A DNA stretch of 64,000 nucleotides from positions 7,006,001 to 7,070,000 of the forward strand of contig OU015566.1 of NCBI GenBank assembly GCA_907165135.1, in the 5' to 3' direction. This DNA comes from Oikopleura dioica. Lineage: Eukaryota > Animalia > Chordata. Both the position numbers and the translations under genes were made by a program. Below, one piece after another: positions 9,233-19,400 of the stretch; position 1 is the stretch's first letter; every line of letters begins with the position of its first letter. Under the pieces are notes generated by a model. That model had not been told where the DNA came from, searched no databases, and worked only from the letters and a program-made list of their open reading frames with translations.

Positions 9233-10307
9233 ATGATAATAGTCGATGCTTTTCCTGTTCCTTACTCCTCTTTTGTTACTTCTTATGGTACTTATGGAAA
9301 GTGCGAAGATTGTGAAAAGTATGATGGTATACAGATATACTGTATTATGCGGCACAATTATCCTAAATCTTTTAAATCTTTTTTTATATACGCATATTTT
9401 TTTGTATATGAAAGTGTTCTTTCTCTGGAGTTTCTGATAATGTTCTAGGCCTGTCCATTCAACTGCTAAAATCAATGGGAAACGAATATGTGCTGTATGC
9501 AAGAAAAGAAACCACCCGAACTTTGATCTGGAAGCTGAGGCAAAGCGTGAACCGATCCCGAAATTTGTAGACTCCGATGCAGCATTCAAATGTCCTGCAA
9601 AGCGCTGCAGTGCCAAGAAACTCTCTTTTTGCGAATTTTATGTCGGATCTTGTTGCTCCACTGCTTTGAATAGAGAAGTCTCAGAAGGTATGTCAATTCA
9701 TTTATAAGTTATAAATTATAACTGAGTTATCTTTTTTTAAAGTAGAAGAAAACGAAGAGTGCTTGCTCATGCACAAGATTTATCAAAAGTCACGACGCGA
9801 CGTAGTTTCTTCTTACGACAAATGGCTGGATGCGGATAGAGCGTATTCTAGGGCGGAATTGAATGAAAAAAATGCTCGTAAGGCACTGGAAAAGGCAGAA
9901 AAAGAAATCGCGGATGCAGCTGAAAAATTTACAACTGAAAAAACGAAGCACGATGAAGCTATAAAGTGGCAAAGTAAAGTTCAAAAACGCTTATTTCTCA
10001 CAGTCAAAGCAGTTACTGAGGGAGTGATCAGTGATACGGGTAAGATTTAAAAAGTACTACAGTATCAATTTATAAAATCCAAATAGAGCCTGCGAAAAAG
10101 AAATCAAAGCGAGCTGAAGTGAACGAGAAGCTTCAATGCAAGGTCTGCTCGTCCCCCTTTGACGTCGAGCACCCTGAAGCGATCCTTGCTTCTTGCGGGC
10201 ACAGGGCTTGTACCAACTGCCTCATGAAACTTGAGGAGAAAGAATGCCCAGCAGTTGGTTGTGGGGCCAGATTCTCTGAAGACAAAATTATCAAGGTTCT
10301 CGACTGA
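9233..10307 (+). CDS. Zinc-finger / coiled-coil / C-terminal RING-finger protein (4 exons); original start probably ATG 1966, separated by the insertion
   Basis: Exons 9233-9318, 9449-9687, 9746-10039 and 10087-10307 splice in frame. Motifs: GKCEDC...CAVC; FKCPAKRC...FYVGSCC; helical middle; C-terminal CKVC...CGHRACTNC...CPAVGC (C3HC4-like RING). Confidence 0.85.
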
Positions 10308-10661
10308 CTCTTTTCTGCCTGAAACCTGACTCTGAATAAAATCCATCTAAGGCATAAATTGTTTCCTCTTTCGATTGGTACTTGTTCAAATTACATAACA
10401 ATTTTTGATAAACATCTCAAAACGGGTGTTATTAGCGTCATTTTCGCCTTTGAAGAGCATTTTTCAAAAAATAGTTTATTTCCCACGAAACAATTGAGAA
10501 GCAAGCATAATCGATAGACGAGAGAACTGCCGCGGATTATTTGAAAATTAGCTAAGATCGATTATTTGCATAGAGATCGTCCTGCTGAGGAAACATTTCT
10601 TGAACATTTTGTATTGTCCATGCGGAAGTAAACTTAGCGAAGTGAAGAAAGAGATTAAAAA

Positions 10662-12412
10662 ATGAAGAAATATGCAGCTTATTCGGTCGCTTTTTTGGAC
10701 ATTCTTTGCCACAGGTTTGCAAAGATCAATACTTTGGTTCTTTAGAATTATCGTTCTAGCACGCTTTTATTCTCTTGGCCCATTTTAACGCAAATTTACA
10801 AGTCAGAAGGGTTCTTTTCTTGCAAAAATTCGACAGAAGAAATTTCAGAATTTCAACTGTGCTCAGAAAGCTCTCAAGATGCTTCTATCGCTCGAATAAT
10901 GATCCTAGGAAACAGAGTTCAAAGGTCAAGAGTTCGGTCGATTATGGCAAGTTGCCATTTTTTGAACTTTCAACAGCCGTAGGTATCCTTGGGCCATTTA
11001 CCTTTCTCCTTGGCTTGGCAAGAGACTATCTGGCATTTGGCTGGTGCAGGGCGATTTGTTTCCTTGTCCTCATTTTCAGTTATTTTATGCTGGCTCTGGC
11101 AGAACCGGGCAAAACCGACTGGATGCTATATTTTTGGATTCTTCAATTTGGCAGTGGAACGACTTTGATGCTCAGCTATTTTCATATTGCCAAGCTTTTC
11201 CCTCTTCATCAAGCTTTGCTGATAGGATTTTTTAACGTCGGCTCGGATTTGTCTTCTATGATTCCGCAATTATGGATTGAGTTCACGAATTTCTACCCCC
11301 AAAAGTTCTCAAGCAGATTCAAAACAGAGTATGTTAGCTTTTTGTATTTCTGAACTCAAGTTTTTGGACACCCTTATATCCGAATTCGCCATTTCCTTGA
11401 GAAGCATCAATCTTATTTGGGCTCTTCTATCTTCTATCTCTTTCATACTTGGAATCTTCGTCATCCCATGGCACAACGTCGAAGTCAACACAGAATCCGT
11501 CGAAACAATTCTCGACCTCAAGTCAAAACAGAAGCCTTTGCTAAACTCCGAAGAAGAAAGCATTCCTCAACAGTTCAAAAACAACATCAAATTCCTCAAA
11601 TCGCCAATTTTGCTCTTTTACGGCGCTTCTTTAATTTTTGGAAATTTCGTTGTCACGTGCACCCTTTCACTGACGAATTTCATCGTGGAGAAAAAGATGG
11701 ACAAACTGAATCTAACGGAAGAATACGATCCAGAGGATATTGTTTCGAAGTTCAACTTGATTCGACCGATTATTGCTGCTGTAGCTGCTCCTTTCATTGG
11801 ACTAATGGTCGATTTAGTGAGAAAGAAGATTTTAAAAAAGAAGGAAAAACCAGAAAACATCGACCTAAGGTAACTCCTTTTAGTAAATTCTATGCTCATC
11901 TTTCTAGGTCAATGATTTGGCCATATTTCTTGCTGACAATTTCTTCCTTGATTTTTTCCATCACGATCAGCATCGACAACGTCTTCTGCCTCGCCCTAGC
12001 GCTCACATGCCTCTCTCTCAATTCTACCTGGGTCTATGTCGTTTATACAGTCGGGATGGAGATAAATCTGCCAGGACAAACAATTGGCATTGCGTTTGCT
12101 CTCTGTGAAATTGCAGGCAGCATATTCGCCTTCATCGCCGATCCAATTGCTGTTTTCGTTCTCGAAGAGTAAGTCTCCTTGTTGTCTCATTCTCCATCTC
12201 TTTTTAGGGATGATCTGGAGCTTTTCTATGTGAGCATATGGTCGACTACCTTCTTGATGTTCTTATTTGGCCTGTTGCTTCCCTCGATTGCCTTCAACAA
12301 AACTTCGGACTGCCTCAAGAACCTCGACTCCCCAAGACAACATGAAGTGGCGAAGCAATTTCAAAACGAACAGACAGAAGAAAATATTCTTTTGAAAAAG
12401 AATTGTATTTAA
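10662..12412 (+). CDS. SLC43A: MFS transporter, SLC43 (LAT3/LAT4-like) family, multi-exon
   Basis: TLLFSWPILTQIYKSEGFFSC matches the SLC43 N-terminal W.....KSEG.F motif. Many TM segments across ORF-track fragments 10775, 11277, 11917 region and 12179; short introns. Confidence 0.75.
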
Positions 12413-12596
12413 TAAATCGAATGTATAATCAAATCTACAGAAATAAACTTCTTTCTCCAGCAACTATCTTCTTACGATTTATTTACCAGGAGAAAAATTT
12501 ATGTTTCCAGAGGCAAAAACCATGTGTTCTACCAGTGCTCTTCTTTGTTCTCAACTCTGATCCGTCTATATCCCCAATTAGCGAGCCGTCGCTTCC

Positions 12597-12668
12597 AGCA
12601 GAGTGGCGCAGCGGAAGCGTGCTGGGCCCATAACCCAGAGGTCGGAGGATCGAAACCTCCCTCTGCTA
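12597..12668 (+). tRNA. tRNA-iMet: tRNA-iMet (CAT), initiator
   Basis: AGCAGAGTGGCGCAGCGGAAGCGTGCTGGGCCCATAACCCAGAGGTCGGAGGATCGAAACCTCCCTCTGCTA. A1:U72 pair, GGG/CCC anticodon stem, ATCGAAA T-loop typical of eukaryotic initiators. Confidence 0.97.
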
Positions 12669-12676
12669 TATACACC

Positions 12677-12748
12677 GCTGTAATCGTATAGTGGTTAGTA
12701 CTTCACGTTGTGGCCGTGACAACCCAGGTTCGAATCCTGGTTACAGCA
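12677..12748 (+). tRNA. tRNA-His: tRNA-His (GTG)
   Basis: GCTGTAATCGTATAGTGGTTAGTACTTCACGTTGTGGCCGTGACAACCCAGGTTCGAATCCTGGTTACAGCA folds as a cloverleaf with anticodon GTG. Confidence 0.96.
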
Positions 12749-12751
12749 ATC

Positions 12752-12757
12752 TTTTTT
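12752..12757 (+). terminator. RNA polymerase III oligo-T terminator
   Basis: T6 run 3 nt after tRNA-His; no T-run between the two tRNAs. Confidence 0.8.
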
Positions 12758-13271
12758 CTCTTGAATTTTCATCCCTCTTAGTGAAGTTTTTCACAGAAGA
12801 ATTATTTTAAAAGCTCTTTCTGATTTCTGCGTTTCAAAATACAAATAATGATGAAAATTTCTAATATTCAATGCTTGAGATGCCTCAAATTTAAAGTGAG
12901 TAGAGGGAAGAATTCGCTGAGAACACAAAGCCTAATCCACTCCAGTCTACTGAGTTTATCCCTCGGCTAACATGAAAAATATAATCGCCAGTTTGCATTT
13001 TTTTCCCAAGCTCTCAACTTGTCAAACACGTCAATTCTATTTCCTCGAGGTTGGAGTTACCTCTGTCGGATTTGCGCTGAGACATCCAATTGAGGCTCTA
13101 TTTGATTATGCTCTTTCCGTCCGAGCGATCAGCTCTTCCTAGACACCTGATGGGTCAGGCGATAAGGGCAGGTACCCATAAAAGGATCTTTTCTTTTATT
13201 CATTTGGAAAGATTGCGAAGCTTTCTCACGAGCAAATATTAGTACTAGATGAAAGATAAAGGCTCTCTTTA

Positions 13272-13522
13272 GGGCTTGGCTCGGCAACCTGTGTAGAAAA
13301 CCTGAGTCAGGTTTTGGAGAGCTTAAATGAAAAGCTGCGCAGCGACTTTTTTATAAACGAAGCCGCGAAGCGGCTTCGCTAATATTACCATTACAATCTA
13401 TAAAACAATCCTCCCGAAGCCGCATTGCGGCTTCGTTTTAAAAAAAAGCCGCGTTGCGGCTTTTCATTTTAGCTCTTCAGAACCTGACTTAGGTTTTCTA
13501 AACAGGTTGCTGAGCCCAGCTT
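13272..13522. mobile_element. Palindromic MITE carrying ACCTGAGTCAGGT motifs
   Basis: GCTTGGCTCGGCAACCTGTGTAGAAAACCTGAGTCAGGTT is mirrored by AACCTGACTTAGGTTTTCTAAACAGGTTGCTGAGCCCAGC. Internal AGCCGC/GCGGCT hairpins; TA at both flanks; related copy at about 28334-28436. Confidence 0.75.
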
Positions 13523-13980
13523 TAGCGCTTTCAAGTTCGGGCAAAAGAGCGAGCTTCAAATTTACGGATGTATTTTCAGGTCTCGGAGGAAATCCTCTAA
13601 ATCCGATCTAACACCTCTTCCTCCCCCACAGAGCTGTAAAACTCGCCGAGGGTGTAAATCAGACTTGTTGTTTCTTTGGGAATTGAATTGATCTTCACTT
13701 GTTCTTCGCCCTGCCAGCATGGCGCTGGGAAAGTTGAAATTTTTTGAATTTTGCTTTCATGCCTTGTTTTATTCTTTTTGTTGCACTCAAATTTGACATT
13801 ATCAATTATCGACCGGAGGCAAGCAGGGGCAGTTGACAAGGTGCACGAGCTGACTTGCGAACTGTAACAGGGAAACAGTAATTGCAAAACGCAAATGTCA
13901 GGAATCATGATATTCATCTTAGTGATTCACACAAGGCCTTAAATCAGGACTTTGTCGTCGAAAGTCGAAACCATCGGGAG

Positions 13981-14362
13981 CAGGGTTGCAAATTTTGCTT
14001 TATTTCTGCTGAGCTGAGCTGAGCGAGCCTTTTTCGGAAGTCATTGAGCTGCGCTGGTGTTTTTCAAGGGTCATTGAGCTGAGCTGATCAGATATTGTCT
14101 CAAGGTTTTCGAGCTGAGCTGAGCTGAGCTGGTCGAGCTGAGCTGAGCTTAGCTGTTTTTAACTGTATTTTTACTAGTAGAATAGTGTTATCTGAGCTGG
14201 TTTAAGCTAGACTTGTCCAAAAATCATTGACCTGAGCTGAGCTGAGCTGAAATGTGTGATTATTGTCTGAGCTGAGCAGAACAGATCATTTTTCAAAATC
14301 ACTGAGCTGAGCTGGCTGAGTGTGCTGAACAGTGAACTCAGCTCAGCAAATTTGCAACTCTG
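13981..14362. mobile_element. hAT-type MITE with (GAGCT)n internal repeats
   Basis: TIRs CAGGGTTGCAAATTTTGCT / AGCAAATTTGCAACTCTG. 8-bp TSD ATCGGGAG (13973-13980) / ATTGGGAG (14363-14370), 7/8 identical. Confidence 0.85.
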
Positions 14363-15414
14363 ATTGGGAGGGTCCCTGATTTCAATAATTATCCGGAATC
14401 CGGATAGAGAATATCGAAATCTGAAAATTTCCTGAGAGCGTTCGGGGAAGTTTGTTTGCGTTCTCACGGATCATCCATAATAATTTTCACTCGACCAAGG
14501 TCACAAGCTCAGGCCCAAATCAAGTTGTAAAAATGTCACCTGGCTTATTCTTGGATCATTCATAATTCAGTAGAGTCGGATCTTGTGACGTAATTATGAT
14601 TCTAAGGCAAATATTCTCATAAATTTTACTCTTTGAATCGTTCTTTCTGATCATCCGGGTGATTCAGGGGGAGGTTTTCTTCCTTGATTTCAGTGTAAAA
14701 ATGACCTAGTCTTATCAGTCAATCAAAGTGCAAAGTGGGGCATCTTTGGCGCAGTAAAATGATCGACCTTAGTGATTACCTACAGCTGCTGGAGATGCCT
14801 CCATCGGATGCGGTAGTTTACCTACCACCTGATTGATCTTATCACCTCTTTTTTTAATCTTATATGATTTTATTTATAGAATTTTTTTTATAATTTATAG
14901 GTAAATTACTCCGTAAAATTGACAACTTGGCGCCTCTTTCTTGGAAAATTCAAGGTAAAGAAAGACTCATAAATCCCTAGTAGCGTTCCAGCAAAAATTT
15001 ACTCGCGTGCCAAAAATCACAGGAAGCGTGCGTCCGGCCCTTGAAAATAACGTCCCTCTCGTAAATATCGAGTCATCATCAACTCATCTCCCCATTCACG
15101 GCTGCCATATTTGTTTCCCATTGTGTTTCTGTATTTGCGAAAAGAAGCCTTTTGAAAACAATCCCACGATTTTCGAAAATCTATATATAGAGATACCTGG
15201 CTTTGGACAAAGGATTACGCTTAGCACCTATTCAAAGTCAAAACTGCCGTAATCCCGGAGCTAAAGCGCGAATAGCTTTACGCACTGGCGGGTCTCTTTG
15301 GACACTGTGAATTTAGCGGAAAAAATAAAGAATATTTCAGTTTACGCTCAATTTTGATATTTCATGTTAATTTTTTGTACGTTAAAAATCCAATTTTCTG
15401 ATGCATAATTTTAA

Positions 15415-16168
15415 GGATATAGCCGTTCTCAAGGCACTTTCGTAGCGCCAAAAGGGGACGATAAATTTTTTTCATTTCTAAAGGAACCCTACCTAAAATT
15501 GCCTAAGAAACCCGATTCTAGTGTTATTTTTAATTTTTTAATGGAAAAATTTCTCTCTAGAGCAATTTTAAATCTTACGATCACTTTTTCTCGAGAATTT
15601 TCCATTTAATCGGTCGAGTTTTTTTGATAAATTAAAAATTTAGACCTTTATCTACATTCCTAGGGCCTAAATTTTAATAGATTCCAAATATTTACGAATC
15701 TAGGGCCATTTTTATGAGGCTTACTTGAGTGAGCCGAAGCGTCAGACAGCGCTCTGGTTTGCTGCGCTGGGCGCCCTCCTCCATCGCGCGGTGAGGCGCG
15801 CATGTGAAAGAGCGCGCTGATTGGCGGAGCGCCCTGAACGCAGCATTTATGAAAAAGAAAAGCCAAAAAGAAGAAGACGCTAGAATGAAAATTTGCTCAA
15901 GTTTTGAAATTTTGAGGCCCTAGGAAGATAGATTAGCAGTTATTCATAATAAAACACGGTTTAGTTTTAGCAATTTAATTGAAAAATTTCGAGAAAAAGT
16001 GATCGTAAGATTTCAAATCGCTCCAGAGAGAAATTTTCTTTGAAAAAAATTTTAAAAAACATCAGAATCGAATTCTCAACATAATTTTAGGTAGGACCTG
16101 TCTTGAAATGAAAACATTTTATCGCTCCATTTCGGCGCTACGAAAGTGCCATGAGAACGGCTATATCC
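15415..16168. mobile_element. Non-autonomous TTAA-targeting DNA transposon (GG...CC termini, Kolobok-like)
   Basis: TTAA|GGATATAGCCGTTCTCAAGGCACTTTCGTAGCGCC ... GGCGCTACGAAAGTGCCATGAGAACGGCTATATCC|TTAA, with imperfect inverted arms of about 250 bp. Confidence 0.85.
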
Positions 16169-16462
16169 TTAAAAGAGCTAAAATATTAAAAAATAATAAA
16201 AATTCGACCAACGATTCTACTCTTTTAGAAATTTAGATAACGTTGAATAAGCTAAAGGTTATTATATTTTCCTCTTATCATCAGAAAACTAAGCAAATCG
16301 CCTATCAGTAAATCTCGTTACAGATCGCCACGCGCGGCGCGGGGTAATTTGGCGCTGCGGACCACTCCTCAGCGCCGATATTCTCCTCCGCCGCGGTTCT
16401 TCTTCCCTCTTCATATCTACCATATTCATTTTACATTACCAGAGCATCAAAAAACCGAGAAA

Positions 16463-19400
16463 ATGATGTTACGATGTTTATTATTAATCTTTCTGAACAG
16501 CCACTTTTCAACGGCAATTCCAGTCGGAGAGAGTTTTCCTAAATCAGAGATCCTGATCGTGATGCGGTCGACGAAGAATAACTTGAACAGCAGAGTTCAG
16601 TTAGCGTTGGAAACTTGGAGTAAAAGAGCATTAGCACAGGTAAGATTAAGATTAAAAAATACTTGGGTGGGCCTTGGCTTAATTATAATTGCGCTGGCTA
16701 AGCATGAGAGTAAACGCTTATCAATAATATATATTCAAAAACGGCCCGCTTCTTGATTAACTCCACGCATACCAGAGACATCGATCAGTCTCTAAGACAT
16801 TTCTCTGGGTTAATCGCGCCTTTGTAGGCCGACGGTTCCCTGCTGAGAATCTTCAAGTAAGAACATTCATTTCATTAGACAGGTTTTGTTCCAGTGCACT
16901 TTTGAAATTCAAATTTTGAATAAGCACTTAGGAAATGATCAATCAATAGGAACACTTGAAAATTGACAATTTAGGGCAAGAGATCAAATTTTATCAACAC
17001 TCTAAGGACGAAGTTTCGCATTGACTAATCTATAAGAAAATTTATTTACAATCAGGCAATCTGTAAGTTAAAAGCCTGATAAAAAGCTCGCTTGAGATTT
17101 TACGATCCCAGCCCGGGTCCTTTCAACCCTCTTTTGGAATTTCCGTTGACATGTCCCGCTGCTAAACACATTGCATAAATTTACAGCCCCTTTGTCGCGC
17201 CGCGCCGGTATTAATCACGGTGATGGCACTTTGTCGCCAAGTTTCCGAAAATTCGGGCCGCGCCAAGCCCTCTGAAGATTTGTTTGCATCTGCGGAAGTA
17301 CTAATCGCATCCTCTTTGTTTAGACGATCTTACTGACCGACCGAGTTGACGAAAACTTCGCTGGCGGTAATCTACGACGAGTTGAAACAACAAGCTGCGG
17401 ATCAGGACATTCCAGGTAACTTAGAAATTCCCATCTTTTTCTACAGTAAATACGTCAAGACAACCAAAAACGTCACAAATCTTGTGAGATCGGTCTTTCT
17501 TTGTTTTCGCAAAATAAGAATGTATGCGTGCCCAGAGATCGCCCGGAGGCATTTCATTGACATTGCGATTATAAGCAAGCTTTTCAACAAACGCGCCCCG
17601 ATTTTCCCAAGACCTACTCGATCCCAAGAACTTTCACTTTTTGAGCTGAATGTAAAGAGCCCAGATTAGTAGTTCTTAGCTAAAAAAGAGTGGTGCGCAA
17701 GTGCTTCCACGAGATTTCGGATTTCATAAAGTAGATATTTTTGTCTTTTATTTTTGGTTTTAGACGAATTTCAATAAGAATTTTTCGGCCAAAAAAATGG
17801 CCCCCCTTTTTATGTGCTCATATGAAAGAGCGTAAAAAGTTATGCTAGAAAAAAATATTTTTTTTTGCCCGAGGGCATAAATTATGACTCATAGGTCAGT
17901 TTGAAAAATTTTCAAACTCCCCCCCTAAATAGCCTCCGGGCACTTATTTTTTCGGGATTTTTTGACGTCACTAGAATCCTCAGGACATAAGCTTTTGGTA
18001 GACCCCTCAACCGCGGTAAACCGCCCGGTTAACCGCGTGGTTCACCGCGGTTCATTTCCTTAGTCATAGTACACATACCAATATACATATCAATCGACTT
18101 CTTTTTTGATGCTGGATTAATTTTTGAGCATGAAAACACATGACCGCATGGTCAACCGCCCGGTTAACCGCGTGGTTCACCGCGGTTCATTTCCTTAGGC
18201 ATAGTACTCATACCAATATACATATCAATCGACTTCTTTTTTGATGCTGGATTCATTTTTGAGCATGAAAACACATGACCGCATGGTCAACCGCCCGGTT
18301 CGGGATTGCTGATGAATATTTTTTTAAAAAATTGCTTTCATAACTGAAAATTTTTCAAAGCTGAATAATTTTCAAACCTGCAAAACTTTGAAAACTGAGT
18401 AATCTTATGAACTCAAAATATTTCAAAACTGAAAATGAACCACTTGGCTAACCGCCCGGTTAACAGCGGTTCAAAGCGATTCACGCTCTGAATAATCACA
18501 AAATGTGGACATATGTATATCAGAATGCTTTTCTACTCAATAGGAGTCTTTAAAACAGATATTTGAACCGAACCACTAAGGTAACCGCCCGGTTCAAAAC
18601 GGTTGAGAGTTATTCACGCTCTTAGTATCCACAAAATGCTGAAAATGTTTATCAAAATGCTTCTCTACTCATAAGGTGTCTTTTTTATAGATATTTGAAC
18701 TAAACCACTTGGCTCACCGACCGGTCCACAGCCGAAGAAAGGGCAAGCCTCGTTTTAGAATCCAATGAGGGGAAGGGGAGCAAGGGAAGGGGCCAAGCCG
18801 ACCCAAAGGGGAGGTCAGCCTCGTTTGTTGAATCAAGTTAAGGATAAAGCCAAGCCGACCCGAAGGGAAAGCTAGACCCGTTCGTTGAATCAAGTTTGGA
18901 AAGGGGCAAGCCGACCCAAAGAGAAAACCATCCGCGTTTTTTGAATCTACTGAAAGGGTGTTTGAGTACGAAAAGTCCTTCGAAGCATCGTTGCTCATCG
19001 ACGATCTGGATGCGTGTGTTTTATCTTTCTCGAACCTTCTTCGGAGGTTGACGTACGGCCCCTCAACCAATTTAACCCCCATATTGACAATTTTGAATCT
19101 GAATCCCTTCGGAGCATTTTTTCGAAAGACGCGCCCATCAATCTTGGGCGAACCAGAACTCCTATTAGAAATGAGGCTCTGATGGAGACTCTCCGAACTC
19201 AAACACCCCTTCAGTAGTTTGAGAAGAGGCTAAGCTGACGCGAAAGTAAGGCCAGCCCCGTTTCTTGAATCAACTTAGGGAAGGGGCCGGCCGACTCTGA
19301 GGGGAGGCAAGTTCCGTTTTTTAAGCCAGTAAAGAAAGAAGCTAAGCTGACCCGAAGGTGAGACAAGCCCTGTTTTTTGAATCCAGTCAAGGAATGGGCG

